The notes under the pieces: model-generated | The model's database searches: none | Seen by the model: the letters and a program-made list of their open reading frames with translations, nothing else | Told to the model about the DNA's origin: nothing | Assembly (NCBI GenBank): GCA_964558645.1 | Contig: CAZLEV010000001.1 | Span: forward strand, 29,568-93,567 | Direction: 5' to 3' | Length of the DNA stretch: 64,000 bases | From: an uncultured archaeon | GTDB taxonomy: Archaea; Asgardarchaeota; Thorarchaeia; Thorarchaeales; Thorarchaeaceae | Translations under genes and position numbers: made by a program | Shown: one piece after another, positions 38,110 to 47,235 of the stretch | Numbering within the stretch: position 1 is the first letter of the stretch | Layout of the letters: every line of letters begins with the position of its first letter

Positions 38110-39072
38110 ATGAGCAAGGAACTCCTCTCTGTTCATGGTCTATCTCTTGATGAGATCGGGAACCAAATCACGTCGGCGGTTGGTTGCTCTAATGACATTC
38201 ATTTCAACAGACGTCCCATTGGGGGCTGGACAAATATCAACCTTCTTGCAGAGTCCGACTCGAAGAGATATGTTGTGAAACTACCTGGGTTACGAGAGCC
38301 CAATGATCACAACCCCTATGAGTCTCAGTTCAAGGTATATGACCACTTCTCCAGACTTGGATTAAGCCCGGAACCAATCGCCTTCGGAAGACTTGACTCC
38401 AAATTGAGGACGCCGTTCTTGGTGCTCAGGTTTGTGGAGGGCGAAATAGTGCCACATTTCGCGAGGATGACATCGAAGCAGCTCTCTATGATGAAGGCTG
38501 CCATGATGACCTTCTCTCAGAATCCGATAGATGGCCTCCATGAATTCGAATCATCCGAGGCCTACGCCAAGTACCTTCTCAACAGGCTCACTGATGCCTT
38601 AAACCGTTATCCGATTTCTTCAACTTCTATGGTCGATGAGGGCAGAAGACTTCAAAGAATGACGGATTGTCTGGATGCGGAGGGGCTCTTGCAAGATGAT
38701 TGGCCTTGTGATATCATGCACGGCGACTTTCAAGAAGCGAATGTAGTCTTCACTGAGTCCAAAGCAGTCTTGCTTGACTTCGAAGAAACCTGCATAGGCA
38801 ACTCTCTGTTTGACATCGCATATCTTCTGGTGCAAAACCCTCTACACAATCTGACGGACAAAATCCCTTCAATACTGTCTGAAGGCAAAGAGAGAAGGAT
38901 TCGAGGGCTCTTCCCACTTGCTCTTCTCTCCGTGATATCATGGACCATTAGACGAATTGTGCAAACCAAATCTAGAGCAATTGAGGAGAGTCTGGCTGAT
39001 TCCCATACTGTGAAAGACTTGGAGGTCTACCTGCACTCAAAGATGCGGGCCTTTGAGATTCTTGTACCGTGA
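38110..39072 (+). CDS. Aminoglycoside/choline kinase-family phosphotransferase
   Basis: GGWTNIN, YVVKLP, HGDFQEAN (Brenner motif) and LLDFE. Likely ATG at 38110. Confidence 0.8.
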   Translation: MSKELLSVHGLSLDEIGNQITSAVGCSNDIHFNRRPIGGWTNINLLAESDSKRYVVKLPGLREPNDHNPYESQFKVYDHFSRLGLSPEPIAFGRLDSKLRTPFLVLRFVEGEIVPHFARMTSKQLSMMKAAMMTFSQNPIDGLHEFESSEAYAKYLLNRLTDALNRYPISSTSMVDEGRRLQRMTDCLDAEGLLQDDWPCDIMHGDFQEANVVFTESKAVLLDFEETCIGNSLFDIAYLLVQNPLHNLTDKIPSILSEGKERRIRGLFPLALLSVISWTIRRIVQTKSRAIEESLADSHTVKDLEVYLHSKMRAFEILVP

Positions 39073-39151
39073 GGAAGAAACTGATGTGATTCGTTGGAGC
39101 AATCTGTAAATATGCCCGTTGACCAAGTATGTCCTGTCCAAGGTGGATGCC

Positions 39152-39976
39152 ATGAGTTTCAGAGAACTACTCGAAGAAGGGACTGGGTCGTATTTCACGG
39201 GCATAAAGACTCTGGATGATGAGATTCCTGATGGATTCCCGCGGAATAACTTCGGAGTTATTCGTGGACCTGGGGGTGGCGGCAAGTCAGTCTTCCTGAA
39301 CGAGATGGCAAAGTCTATGATGCACTCAGGGCGACCAGTGATCTACGTCTGTTTCGAGGACACCCCGCTTTCCGTTCTCCAAAGCCTCTGTTCTCGAGGT
39401 TGGGACTACAGCACTATGCTTGACAAAGGCATGATTGAATTGGTCGATTGTTTCTCCTCCCAGATTCTGGGAAAGACCACCAGGTATGAGCATACCCTTA
39501 CAGTAAGAAATCCCAATGACTCCGACCAGATAACTGATGCAATACGCACGCTAATCGATAAGCTTGACCCCGCACGTCTCGGTGGCATCTTTGTTGACTC
39601 AATCACGGAATTCTTCATCCAGTCGCACCCATTCAAGGCTATCAATACGATGAAGGCATGGCGTGCAACCTTCTGCAAGGAGCAACGAATTCCGCTTTGG
39701 GCCATCTATCACATGGGCCTGCAGCAGTTCTCCGCCTACGATGACACAATCACGTATTCTAGTGATGCCATATTAGACACAAGACATGAACCTGCCTTTC
39801 AGAAAGCAGGGATACTCATCAAGCAGTTCAGAGTCACCAAGGTGCGAGGAGCCCCTCATAATACTGCATGGGTCACCTTCGGAGTTGGCCCTCAGGGAAT
39901 ACGGCGAATGACTCTTGATGATATGAAAGAAATAGCACGGTCGATCACCAAATACGAGTCCCCCTCGCCTGATTAG
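39152..39976 (+). CDS. KaiC/RAD55-family RecA-fold ATPase (single domain)
   Basis: TGIKTLD, GPGGGGKS, FVDS and KVRG.PH motifs. ATG at 39152. Confidence 0.88.
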   Translation: MSFRELLEEGTGSYFTGIKTLDDEIPDGFPRNNFGVIRGPGGGGKSVFLNEMAKSMMHSGRPVIYVCFEDTPLSVLQSLCSRGWDYSTMLDKGMIELVDCFSSQILGKTTRYEHTLTVRNPNDSDQITDAIRTLIDKLDPARLGGIFVDSITEFFIQSHPFKAINTMKAWRATFCKEQRIPLWAIYHMGLQQFSAYDDTITYSSDAILDTRHEPAFQKAGILIKQFRVTKVRGAPHNTAWVTFGVGPQGIRRMTLDDMKEIARSITKYESPSPD

Positions 39977-41682
39977 TGTCTGAAGAAGGTGTTGGGGTCC
40001 CTTTCCCAGATTCTCTCATCTCCAGAGGCTATGACGTACTGATAGCCCTGTTCTGTAAGGAAGAGTTGTCTCTTCGCAGCAAAGTCCATGTCTCTTGTGT
40101 CTTTGGTTATTACCGAGTAGAATCGGGCAAAGCTGCCATCCGTCTTTGGGCGAAGAATCCGTCCGAGTCGCTGAGCCTCTTCTTGTCTTGAGCCAAAAGT
40201 TCCTGAGACCTGTATAGCAACGTTGGCATCAGGGAGATCTAGAGCGAAGTTCGCGACTTTCGAAACGACCAAGACTTTGACTTTTCCCTCGCGGAAGGCA
40301 TTGTAGAGAGTCTGACGAGCATCATTACTTGTCTTCCCTGTTATCAGAGGGGCCTCAAGCGCCTCAGAAATGAGTTTGAGCTGCCTGAGATACATTCCGA
40401 TGACAAGTATGTTGTCGCCAGTGTGGTACTCCACAATCTCCTTGATCATGGCAATCTTGTCTGGATTCTCGGCTGCGATTCTGTACTTATGCCGGTCCTC
40501 GGCAAGAGCATACTTTCGTCGGAGCGATTCTGGTAGCTCGATACGCACCTCGTAGCAAACCGCGGTTGCAATCCATCCTTTATCCTCGAGGAGTTTCCAT
40601 GGCATATCGAATCTCTTCGGACCGATGAGACTGAACACTTCTTCTTCCCGTTCATCTTCTCTGACAAGGGTTGCAGTGAGCCCCAATCTTCTTGTTGCCT
40701 GAATTGTGGCTGTGACTCGAAAGACTGGTGCGGGCAGAAGATGGACCTCATCATATATGATTAGCCCCCAATTCTTGGCCTCGAAGACCTCGAAGTGCTC
40801 GAATTCGGATTCTCTTGATTTTCGATAGGTCATGATTTGGTAAGTTGCCACTGTCACAGGTCTAATCTCTTTGACATCTCCAGTGTACTCTCCTATCTGA
40901 TCTTCTGTCAGGGTGGTCTTGTCGAGGAGTTCTTCTATCCATTGACGAACGGCAACTGTGTTGGGACAGAGAATCACTGTTGAGGTCTGAAGTTCATACA
41001 TTGCTCCGATGCCTACCATGGTCTTACCGGCGCCACATGGCAGAACCACGACGCCAGAACCTCCTATGGTCGTTCCCCCTGCGTGAAACGATGCAACCGC
41101 GTCTTCTTGATAGTCTCTCAAGTTGAAGTCGTTTCCACTCAGTGTCTTCTCCCTGAGTTCAAAATGTAGTGGGTCTCCTTCCACGTACCCTGCAACATCC
41201 TCAACAGGATGACCTATCTCGATCAGTGCCTGTTTGACGAACCCTCGCTTCGTTGGGTCGACCAATATCGTAGTAGAATCAACTCTCTCAATCAGGTATT
41301 CCCGTACGTTCTTGCTCTGCCAGATTTGCTCTGCCAAATCCTCGTTGTCGCATAGTAGTAGCAGATCCTCATCCTCTTTGTACAGGCTCAACTGACCATA
41401 TCTGCTCATGTAGTCCAGAATTTCACGACTGATGTTGCCTGGGATTGGATACTTGGCATACTCTTCGAGAGACGCAATGACCTCACTCGGAGTCATACCC
41501 ACTGCAGCGGCATTCCAGAGACTGAGGGGAGTTATGCGATAGGTATGGACATACTCCGGACTCTTGACCAGTTCTGCAAATCGTGCCAGCGAGTCTCTGG
41601 CATCTTCGTATCGTTCATTGTCTACTTCAAGCAGTACTGACTTATCCGATTGAACTATGAGGGGATTCCTGGGGTCTGGCAT
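39973..41682 (-). CDS. xpb: XPB/Ssl2/Rad25 DNA helicase with N-terminal Helicase_C_3-like domain
   Basis: PLIVQSD..LLEV, LRDYQ, GVVVLPCGAGKT, DEVH, LGLTATLVREDE (RED motif) and QEEAQRLGRILR. Confidence 0.95.
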   Translation of the reverse strand: MPDPRNPLIVQSDKSVLLEVDNERYEDARDSLARFAELVKSPEYVHTYRITPLSLWNAAAVGMTPSEVIASLEEYAKYPIPGNISREILDYMSRYGQLSLYKEDEDLLLLCDNEDLAEQIWQSKNVREYLIERVDSTTILVDPTKRGFVKQALIEIGHPVEDVAGYVEGDPLHFELREKTLSGNDFNLRDYQEDAVASFHAGGTTIGGSGVVVLPCGAGKTMVGIGAMYELQTSTVILCPNTVAVRQWIEELLDKTTLTEDQIGEYTGDVKEIRPVTVATYQIMTYRKSRESEFEHFEVFEAKNWGLIIYDEVHLLPAPVFRVTATIQATRRLGLTATLVREDEREEEVFSLIGPKRFDMPWKLLEDKGWIATAVCYEVRIELPESLRRKYALAEDRHKYRIAAENPDKIAMIKEIVEYHTGDNILVIGMYLRQLKLISEALEAPLITGKTSNDARQTLYNAFREGKVKVLVVSKVANFALDLPDANVAIQVSGTFGSRQEEAQRLGRILRPKTDGSFARFYSVITKDTRDMDFAAKRQLFLTEQGYQYVIASGDERIWERDPNTFFRH

Positions 41683-41843
41683 CTACGTTCCTCGATGGGG
41701 TTATGCTGCCACATGGATGGGTCAGACAGAAACCGTGGAGGAAACCTTTACTTCAGGTATAAACCCTTCCGTGTAGACACCAATCCATTTGGTCATCTAT
41801 ATTAGATGGATGAGATTTCTCAGCGCATATCGGGGAATTCTGG

Positions 41844-43265
41844 ATGGATGCTGAACCGAAGAGCGGCGAAGTGAAGAGTCTTTATACAAATCCCCGTGTG
41901 ATGGTCATTGCTCTTGACGCGATGCTAATCATGCTGGGCTTCGGCATCGTGAGCCCTTCGATGTCCTTCTATTTGATTGCTCTCGAGGGCGGACTCGATC
42001 AACCTCCAGGCCCTGATTATATCGTGCCTGCTGAAGTTGTAGCTCAGTTTTCTCTCATTCTGGGAATGATGACAGCCGCATTCATGGCCACGAGAACATT
42101 ACTGTCACGCTACTGGGGAAATGCGTCCGACGTTCATGGTCGTAAGCCCTTAATGATGCTCGGACTCGGTGGGTATGTCCTGCTGCTGATTCTGTTTGGG
42201 CTAGCTCAAGACTGGATTCAGTTGCTGCTCATTCGAGCATTCCAAGGTGTGATATCTGCGATGGTCTGGCCCGTTGCCCAGGCAGCATTAATGGACATTG
42301 TGGGGCAAGACCGCAGAGGTGAGGGTCTTGGGCTCTACATGGTAGTTTCAAATATTGGGTTCATAGTTGGCCCCGGTGTTGGTGGCCTACTCTACAACTT
42401 CTGCAGAGATTTTCTCGTGCTACCAGTCCCAGCAGTGTTCAGAGTCCCATATTTCATCGGGGCGCTCATCGCCCTTCCCGCCGTCATTATGACCGCTGTG
42501 CTCTTGAGGGAAACTGCCCCAGGGAAAACACATGAACCTCAAAACAGTGGGCTTCCTGCTACTGTAGAAGGCAAGGGGGGCGATATTCTCGATGTGGAGC
42601 TCGAGCAGATCAGCGTCAAGCGCCGTCGTATGATTCAGGCAATCTATCTGATGGCTCTGATGAATGGATTTGCTATGGGTCTGGGACAGCCAATTTTCCA
42701 GCTCTTCCTCATGAGCAAAATCACATCTGATATTGGTCTGATTGGTCTTATAATCTCTGGTGCCGGGGCTCTTGGCATGATATTCTCATTGCCCGCCGGC
42801 AGGTATGCTGACCGCCATGGACGAAGATCCATTGCAGTTGGTGGAACATTGGCATCTAGAGGCAGCTTCTTCCTTCTGCCGCTCACTACCACAATTCCAG
42901 AAACAAGTGTCATATGGATTACACAGGGGGCAACCCTTTCTGCATCTCAACCTGCCTTACGGGCCCTGCAGGCGGATCTGGTCCCCTGGAACTTGCGCGG
43001 CAAGCTGTTCGGTACCATTCAGGCCTTCTTCAATGCAGGCGCCACCCTGGGTCCGCTGCTTGGAGGAATCCTCTATGGGTTCTTCTCTCTCATGATCTTT
43101 GCAGTCGGACCCATCATCATCGAGGGCTTTGTCATTCCCTTCTGGCTCGCTGGTGCCTCTGGAGTATTCGGGGCCGCAATCCTATGGCGATATGTTGAGG
43201 AAACTCAGCCGATTAAAGTAGTTCGAGTTGATGATGCGGAAGAGGTTGCTTCCGACCTGACATGA
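41844..43265 (+). CDS. MFS transporter
   Basis: 12-TM-type pattern, with WGNASDVHGRK and GRYADRHGRR as motif A. Confidence 0.9.
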   Translation: MDAEPKSGEVKSLYTNPRVMVIALDAMLIMLGFGIVSPSMSFYLIALEGGLDQPPGPDYIVPAEVVAQFSLILGMMTAAFMATRTLLSRYWGNASDVHGRKPLMMLGLGGYVLLLILFGLAQDWIQLLLIRAFQGVISAMVWPVAQAALMDIVGQDRRGEGLGLYMVVSNIGFIVGPGVGGLLYNFCRDFLVLPVPAVFRVPYFIGALIALPAVIMTAVLLRETAPGKTHEPQNSGLPATVEGKGGDILDVELEQISVKRRRMIQAIYLMALMNGFAMGLGQPIFQLFLMSKITSDIGLIGLIISGAGALGMIFSLPAGRYADRHGRRSIAVGGTLASRGSFFLLPLTTTIPETSVIWITQGATLSASQPALRALQADLVPWNLRGKLFGTIQAFFNAGATLGPLLGGILYGFFSLMIFAVGPIIIEGFVIPFWLAGASGVFGAAILWRYVEETQPIKVVRVDDAEEVASDLT

Positions 43266-43621
43266 TAGCTTCTCGCGGTCAACGTAAGAGATATATGCTT
43301 TCTGAATTGAAGCTGGGTAATCGCTTAGATACGGAGGTGCAAGCAGTCTATGAATCAAGGAATTAAATCTGAGGTATCAGCGGCCGTCTGCACCAGTAGT
43401 GTAAGTGTCTAATGATGTGATTCTTTCTCTGGGTCTTCTGATTGTTGCACGTGTCTGATCATTGATTTCCAGACGTGCTGGTGCCGAGGTGTCTGCTCCT
43501 TCTCACTCTGCTATTGTGACGATTGAACGATTGACGCGTGCGATCTATACTAAAGGTGTAACAAGAAATTGCATACGCAACTTACAATTAGTACGAGCTT
43601 GCTTGCCGGAGGCCATCGCAA

Positions 43622-44455
43622 GTGAGCCGTATCGAGAAGTACAATCCCCTGAAACATTCTAGCGCTTCTAGACAGATTCAGGCTGCAAAAGACAACTACT
43701 CAGGACGAGGCTCTTTGATCAAGGAGCCGACATTCGATGATATCAAGAGAGATGCGGTTGGCTTCGACCTTGCGACTGATGTGCTTCATCAAATCAACGC
43801 TGGCAAGGAGGCTTCCATCTATCTCGCCACATGGAGGGAGCATGCTATCATCCTCAAGGTATTTCGGATACATCAATCATGCCACAAGATATCCAAGAAA
43901 CATGGCTATAGCTCTGCTGCGAGTGCTAAGCGAACCCATCATGTTCTGGCTATGATGGAGGACCTGGCCGTCAAGGAGTTCGACCTGCTCATGAAATGCT
44001 TCAGAGCTGGAGTGCATGTCCCTACGCCGATTGGACGTGTTGGTCAATATCTGACCATGCGGTTCATTGGCGATGGGGATATACCAGCACCCCAGCTTCG
44101 GAACGTCGAATTGCAGAAACCCGGTCGGGTACTGGATCAGATTCTGGACGACTATCTGATTATGTATCGGGATGTGAATGTGGTTCATGGTGATCTGAGT
44201 GAGTACAACATACTCTGGTGGGACGATAGACCTTGGCTTATTGATGTGCCGCAAGCCGAGGCTGTCGATAAGCATTGTGACATGATGCGCATTGAGGGGC
44301 TCCTGCGACGTGACTTGCGAAATCTACTCGCATACTTCGAGGGCTATGGTATCTACAGTGATCCTGAGCAGATTCTGGATGTGTTCCTGTCGGCTTACGT
44401 TCCAGATAATCAGAAGCACTATCGAGAGCTTAGAATTAGAGGTGAGTTAGCATAG
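43622..44455 (+). CDS. RIO1-family atypical Ser/Thr kinase
   Basis: AGKEASIY, LKVFR, GVHVPTP, VHGDLSEYNIL and IDVPQA motifs. GGAGG upstream of the GTG. Confidence 0.9.
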   Translation: MSRIEKYNPLKHSSASRQIQAAKDNYSGRGSLIKEPTFDDIKRDAVGFDLATDVLHQINAGKEASIYLATWREHAIILKVFRIHQSCHKISKKHGYSSAASAKRTHHVLAMMEDLAVKEFDLLMKCFRAGVHVPTPIGRVGQYLTMRFIGDGDIPAPQLRNVELQKPGRVLDQILDDYLIMYRDVNVVHGDLSEYNILWWDDRPWLIDVPQAEAVDKHCDMMRIEGLLRRDLRNLLAYFEGYGIYSDPEQILDVFLSAYVPDNQKHYRELRIRGELA

Positions 44456-44710
44456 CTTCGCCTAGAATCATGGCAGACCAACTGAAGAAAGAATCAGGTG
44501 ATCAGTGTTTCTGTCTGAAATCCTACAGGTCATGTGTTGATGCAAGGAATTCGAGAGAGATCTACTTCAAACTCTACACTCAGAAGACCGGTACTGCACT
44601 GTACTGATGACCTGAATAATCCTAGGCTAGCCTATCTCCTGCGACACCCTATCCACAATCGGACGCTTTGACCCCAGTCACGAGATAAGCCAACTGGTTA
44701 AGGGAACGGT

Positions 44711-45127
44711 CTACTCGACTTTCCGCAATACAACTCGAGACACGCCGTCAATCATTTTGAGCGAGTCTTCAAGTTCGTTCAGAGAAACAACCAGCTGATC
44801 CGGAACGAAGTAGCACTCGTAGTAACATTTCTCGCCCCTGAGGCAAACGCCGGTCGTGAAGATAATGTCGCTAAGTTTTGCGTCATTGAACGCATAGTTG
44901 AGCTGTTTCAAGAAATTCCTGGAGAGGTCGCTAATCTCGATTCGTAACAGGTAGATATTGTCTGAAGCAACAGGAAAGAGCTTCATCACCCGATCCTTGT
45001 GGTGTAGTATGGTCAATCCTGCCTTTTCTCCAATCTCCTTCACAAACTCCGCAGGAAACTCAACGGGTTTACCCGCTGTGAATCTCAGAATAACGGCCGA
45101 AGTGGCTCCCTCGCGATCTATTACCAT
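44711..45127 (-). CDS. Hypothetical protein, possibly AbrB-like N-terminus plus ACT-like C-terminus (ligand-binding regulator)
   Basis: C-terminal LEDSLKMIDGVSRV and the beta-alpha-beta pattern resemble ACT domains. Confidence 0.5.
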   Translation of the reverse strand: MVIDREGATSAVILRFTAGKPVEFPAEFVKEIGEKAGLTILHHKDRVMKLFPVASDNIYLLRIEISDLSRNFLKQLNYAFNDAKLSDIIFTTGVCLRGEKCYYECYFVPDQLVVSLNELEDSLKMIDGVSRVVLRKVE

Positions 45128-45329
45128 TAGTTCAACGTCCTTCAGGGTGTATGTCGGTGATTGTGATTATCTCTCTAAATAAGTCATTCTGTTATCTCCA
45201 CCGGGGCACTCTCAGATGCAAGGGGAGCAATATCTGGGTATTACATCTGCTATGTGATAATCATGTTGCCCTCTTGAGAAAAGCTATATCAGGGAAGAGC
45301 ATAACATTTGAGCCGGAGATTGACCTTCA

Positions 45330-46040
45330 TTGAACCCACGTCTGTCACAGCTTATTGGTTTGGTCTTACTGGTCGTATGTGCGGCCATGACGTTAGTAGT
45401 ATATCAGAGTACACTCATGGTCACCGGTGAGCCAATGGTTGTTCTTGCATCTGGTATCATTGCTTGGGCCATTCTAGGTCTCCCCGAGCTGGTGATAGGA
45501 CTCTACTTGATTAATAGAGGGTCACGGGAGGCGCGCGTCAAAGATATTTCGGGCAGCTTGGTCCCCCTTGTCCAGAGAGAGGGACGAATTGGGGTTGACG
45601 CCGCGGCAAGAGAACTTGGAGTCTCAACTGAGGACGTGGTTGATGCCGCAGACCGCCTGGCTCATCGCAGGCTTCCTCTGGTCTACCTTGACCGTGCGAA
45701 GAGTGAGATTGTAAGTCCCAGTGCCGTGAGTCTGGAAGAGAGCCTGCTCCATCTTCTTCATGCCCAGAGAAGGATGTCTTTTGAACAGATTACGAGAGTG
45801 ACGAACTCAACAGACGAGCAGATAATAGAGGCAATGAGCGTTTTGTCGAAAATGGGACGATTTCGTGGCACCGTAGACAAGAACTCCCGTGTTGTCTATA
45901 CTGCTGAGGCCGTGGAACAACTACCCAAAGCAGTCACAAAGTGTCCTAACTGCGGTGGAAAACTCAAGAATCCGATACTACCAGGCGAAGAAGAGAATTG
46001 TCCCTACTGTGGTCACTTCATTGTGAATCGCGTTAACTAG
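45330..46040 (+). CDS. Membrane-anchored tandem winged-helix (PCI-like) protein with C-terminal zinc ribbon
   Basis: Two N-terminal TMs; RIGVDAAARELGV and RMSFEQI...GRFRGTVDKNSRVV; CPNCG...CPYCG. Confidence 0.7.
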   Translation: MNPRLSQLIGLVLLVVCAAMTLVVYQSTLMVTGEPMVVLASGIIAWAILGLPELVIGLYLINRGSREARVKDISGSLVPLVQREGRIGVDAAARELGVSTEDVVDAADRLAHRRLPLVYLDRAKSEIVSPSAVSLEESLLHLLHAQRRMSFEQITRVTNSTDEQIIEAMSVLSKMGRFRGTVDKNSRVVYTAEAVEQLPKAVTKCPNCGGKLKNPILPGEEENCPYCGHFIVNRVN

Positions 46041-47188
46041 TCGGTTCTAGTGACCATCGCTCTGTCACGTTCGCGCAATATCTTCCACTCACAACAGACG
46101 TTCTCTGTTCCGTCGTGAACAGCGTACCAATCGAAGAGATTCGCAGTCAGACATGAATGATTAGGCAGGATGTGTATCTTCTCTCCCGGTTTTACGTTTC
46201 TCAGAGGCGAACCGTCTACCAGTCGTATCTTTGCATGCTCCTGAGAGAGTGATACGATGCGGTCTCCCGTTGGTTCTCGGATATCTCCACTGGGAAATAC
46301 TCGTCCGTAGCCACTCACAGGATCAATGTGTACGGGCCCCAAATCCTTGGAAAGTGCTGTTGCGCCTGAATCAACCACAATCCGATTCCCGTAGTTGCCA
46401 ATCACACTTGCAAGCACAGTCAGAGCACAATCACTGAACGTGCAAGAACCAAGAGCTACCTGATCGTAATCATGGAATACGTAGTTGCCCGGCCGTATCT
46501 CGGTAATGCAGTCCTCTATGTCGTCCGTGAGCGACATTGTAGGGGTGGACCCGATGCTGACAACATCCGGTTCAAGATCGACGTTGCTTAGCTTCTCCGT
46601 AACCTTACACATAACAAGCTGTTCCTGCATTGCGACTGCTCTGACTTCTTCGACACTGGACGCCTCGTAAGCATGACCTGCGTGTGTCAGGATTCCTCTG
46701 AAGTCCAGCCATCTTGCGTCCTCTATTCCTCGAGCCAATTCAACTGGCTCCTTGCTGTCGGGGTCGACTCCACAACGGTGATAACCACAGTCTATTTTGA
46801 TGAGAACTCCAATCTGGACTTCTTGCTCTGCGGATTCCTTTGTGAGCCATTGGACTGGGTTGCTACTATCGACCAGTACAGTCATGTTGACATCTCTGGC
46901 AAGGTTCACAACACTTTCCACTTTGTCCTTGACAATTGGTACGGCAAGCGTGATGTTTTCGAAGCCAGAATCAGCAAAAGCCTTGGCCTCCCAGACTGTT
47001 GACACAGTGATACCACGGGCGCCTGCTGAACGCTGGAGACCTGCAATCTCCAAGCACTTGTGGGTCTTGATGTGGGGTCGAAGGTGAACACCATTAGCCT
47101 CTGCTTTCTTGGCCATTCGATCAATATTTTTTCCAAGTCGAGTTCTATCAAGAAGAAGAGCGGGAGTCTTTAGTTCATCGATGAGCAT
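46037..47188 (-). CDS. PLP-dependent fold-III enzyme (D-serine dehydratase/D-threonine aldolase family)
   Basis: LRPHIKTHK, R.GV, THAGH, GSTPT, EIRPGNYVF, SQEH and PNHSC motifs. Confidence 0.9.
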   Translation of the reverse strand: MLIDELKTPALLLDRTRLGKNIDRMAKKAEANGVHLRPHIKTHKCLEIAGLQRSAGARGITVSTVWEAKAFADSGFENITLAVPIVKDKVESVVNLARDVNMTVLVDSSNPVQWLTKESAEQEVQIGVLIKIDCGYHRCGVDPDSKEPVELARGIEDARWLDFRGILTHAGHAYEASSVEEVRAVAMQEQLVMCKVTEKLSNVDLEPDVVSIGSTPTMSLTDDIEDCITEIRPGNYVFHDYDQVALGSCTFSDCALTVLASVIGNYGNRIVVDSGATALSKDLGPVHIDPVSGYGRVFPSGDIREPTGDRIVSLSQEHAKIRLVDGSPLRNVKPGEKIHILPNHSCLTANLFDWYAVHDGTENVCCEWKILRERDRAMVTRTD

Positions 47189-47235
47189 GGCTTTGACCTA
47201 GCCACTCGGACTATAGAGGCTGTCGGTCAGAGGCA

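Noticed and set aside
39152-39976. Circadian KaiC clock
   Set aside because: This is a single-domain RAD55/KaiC-like ATPase with no kaiB nearby.
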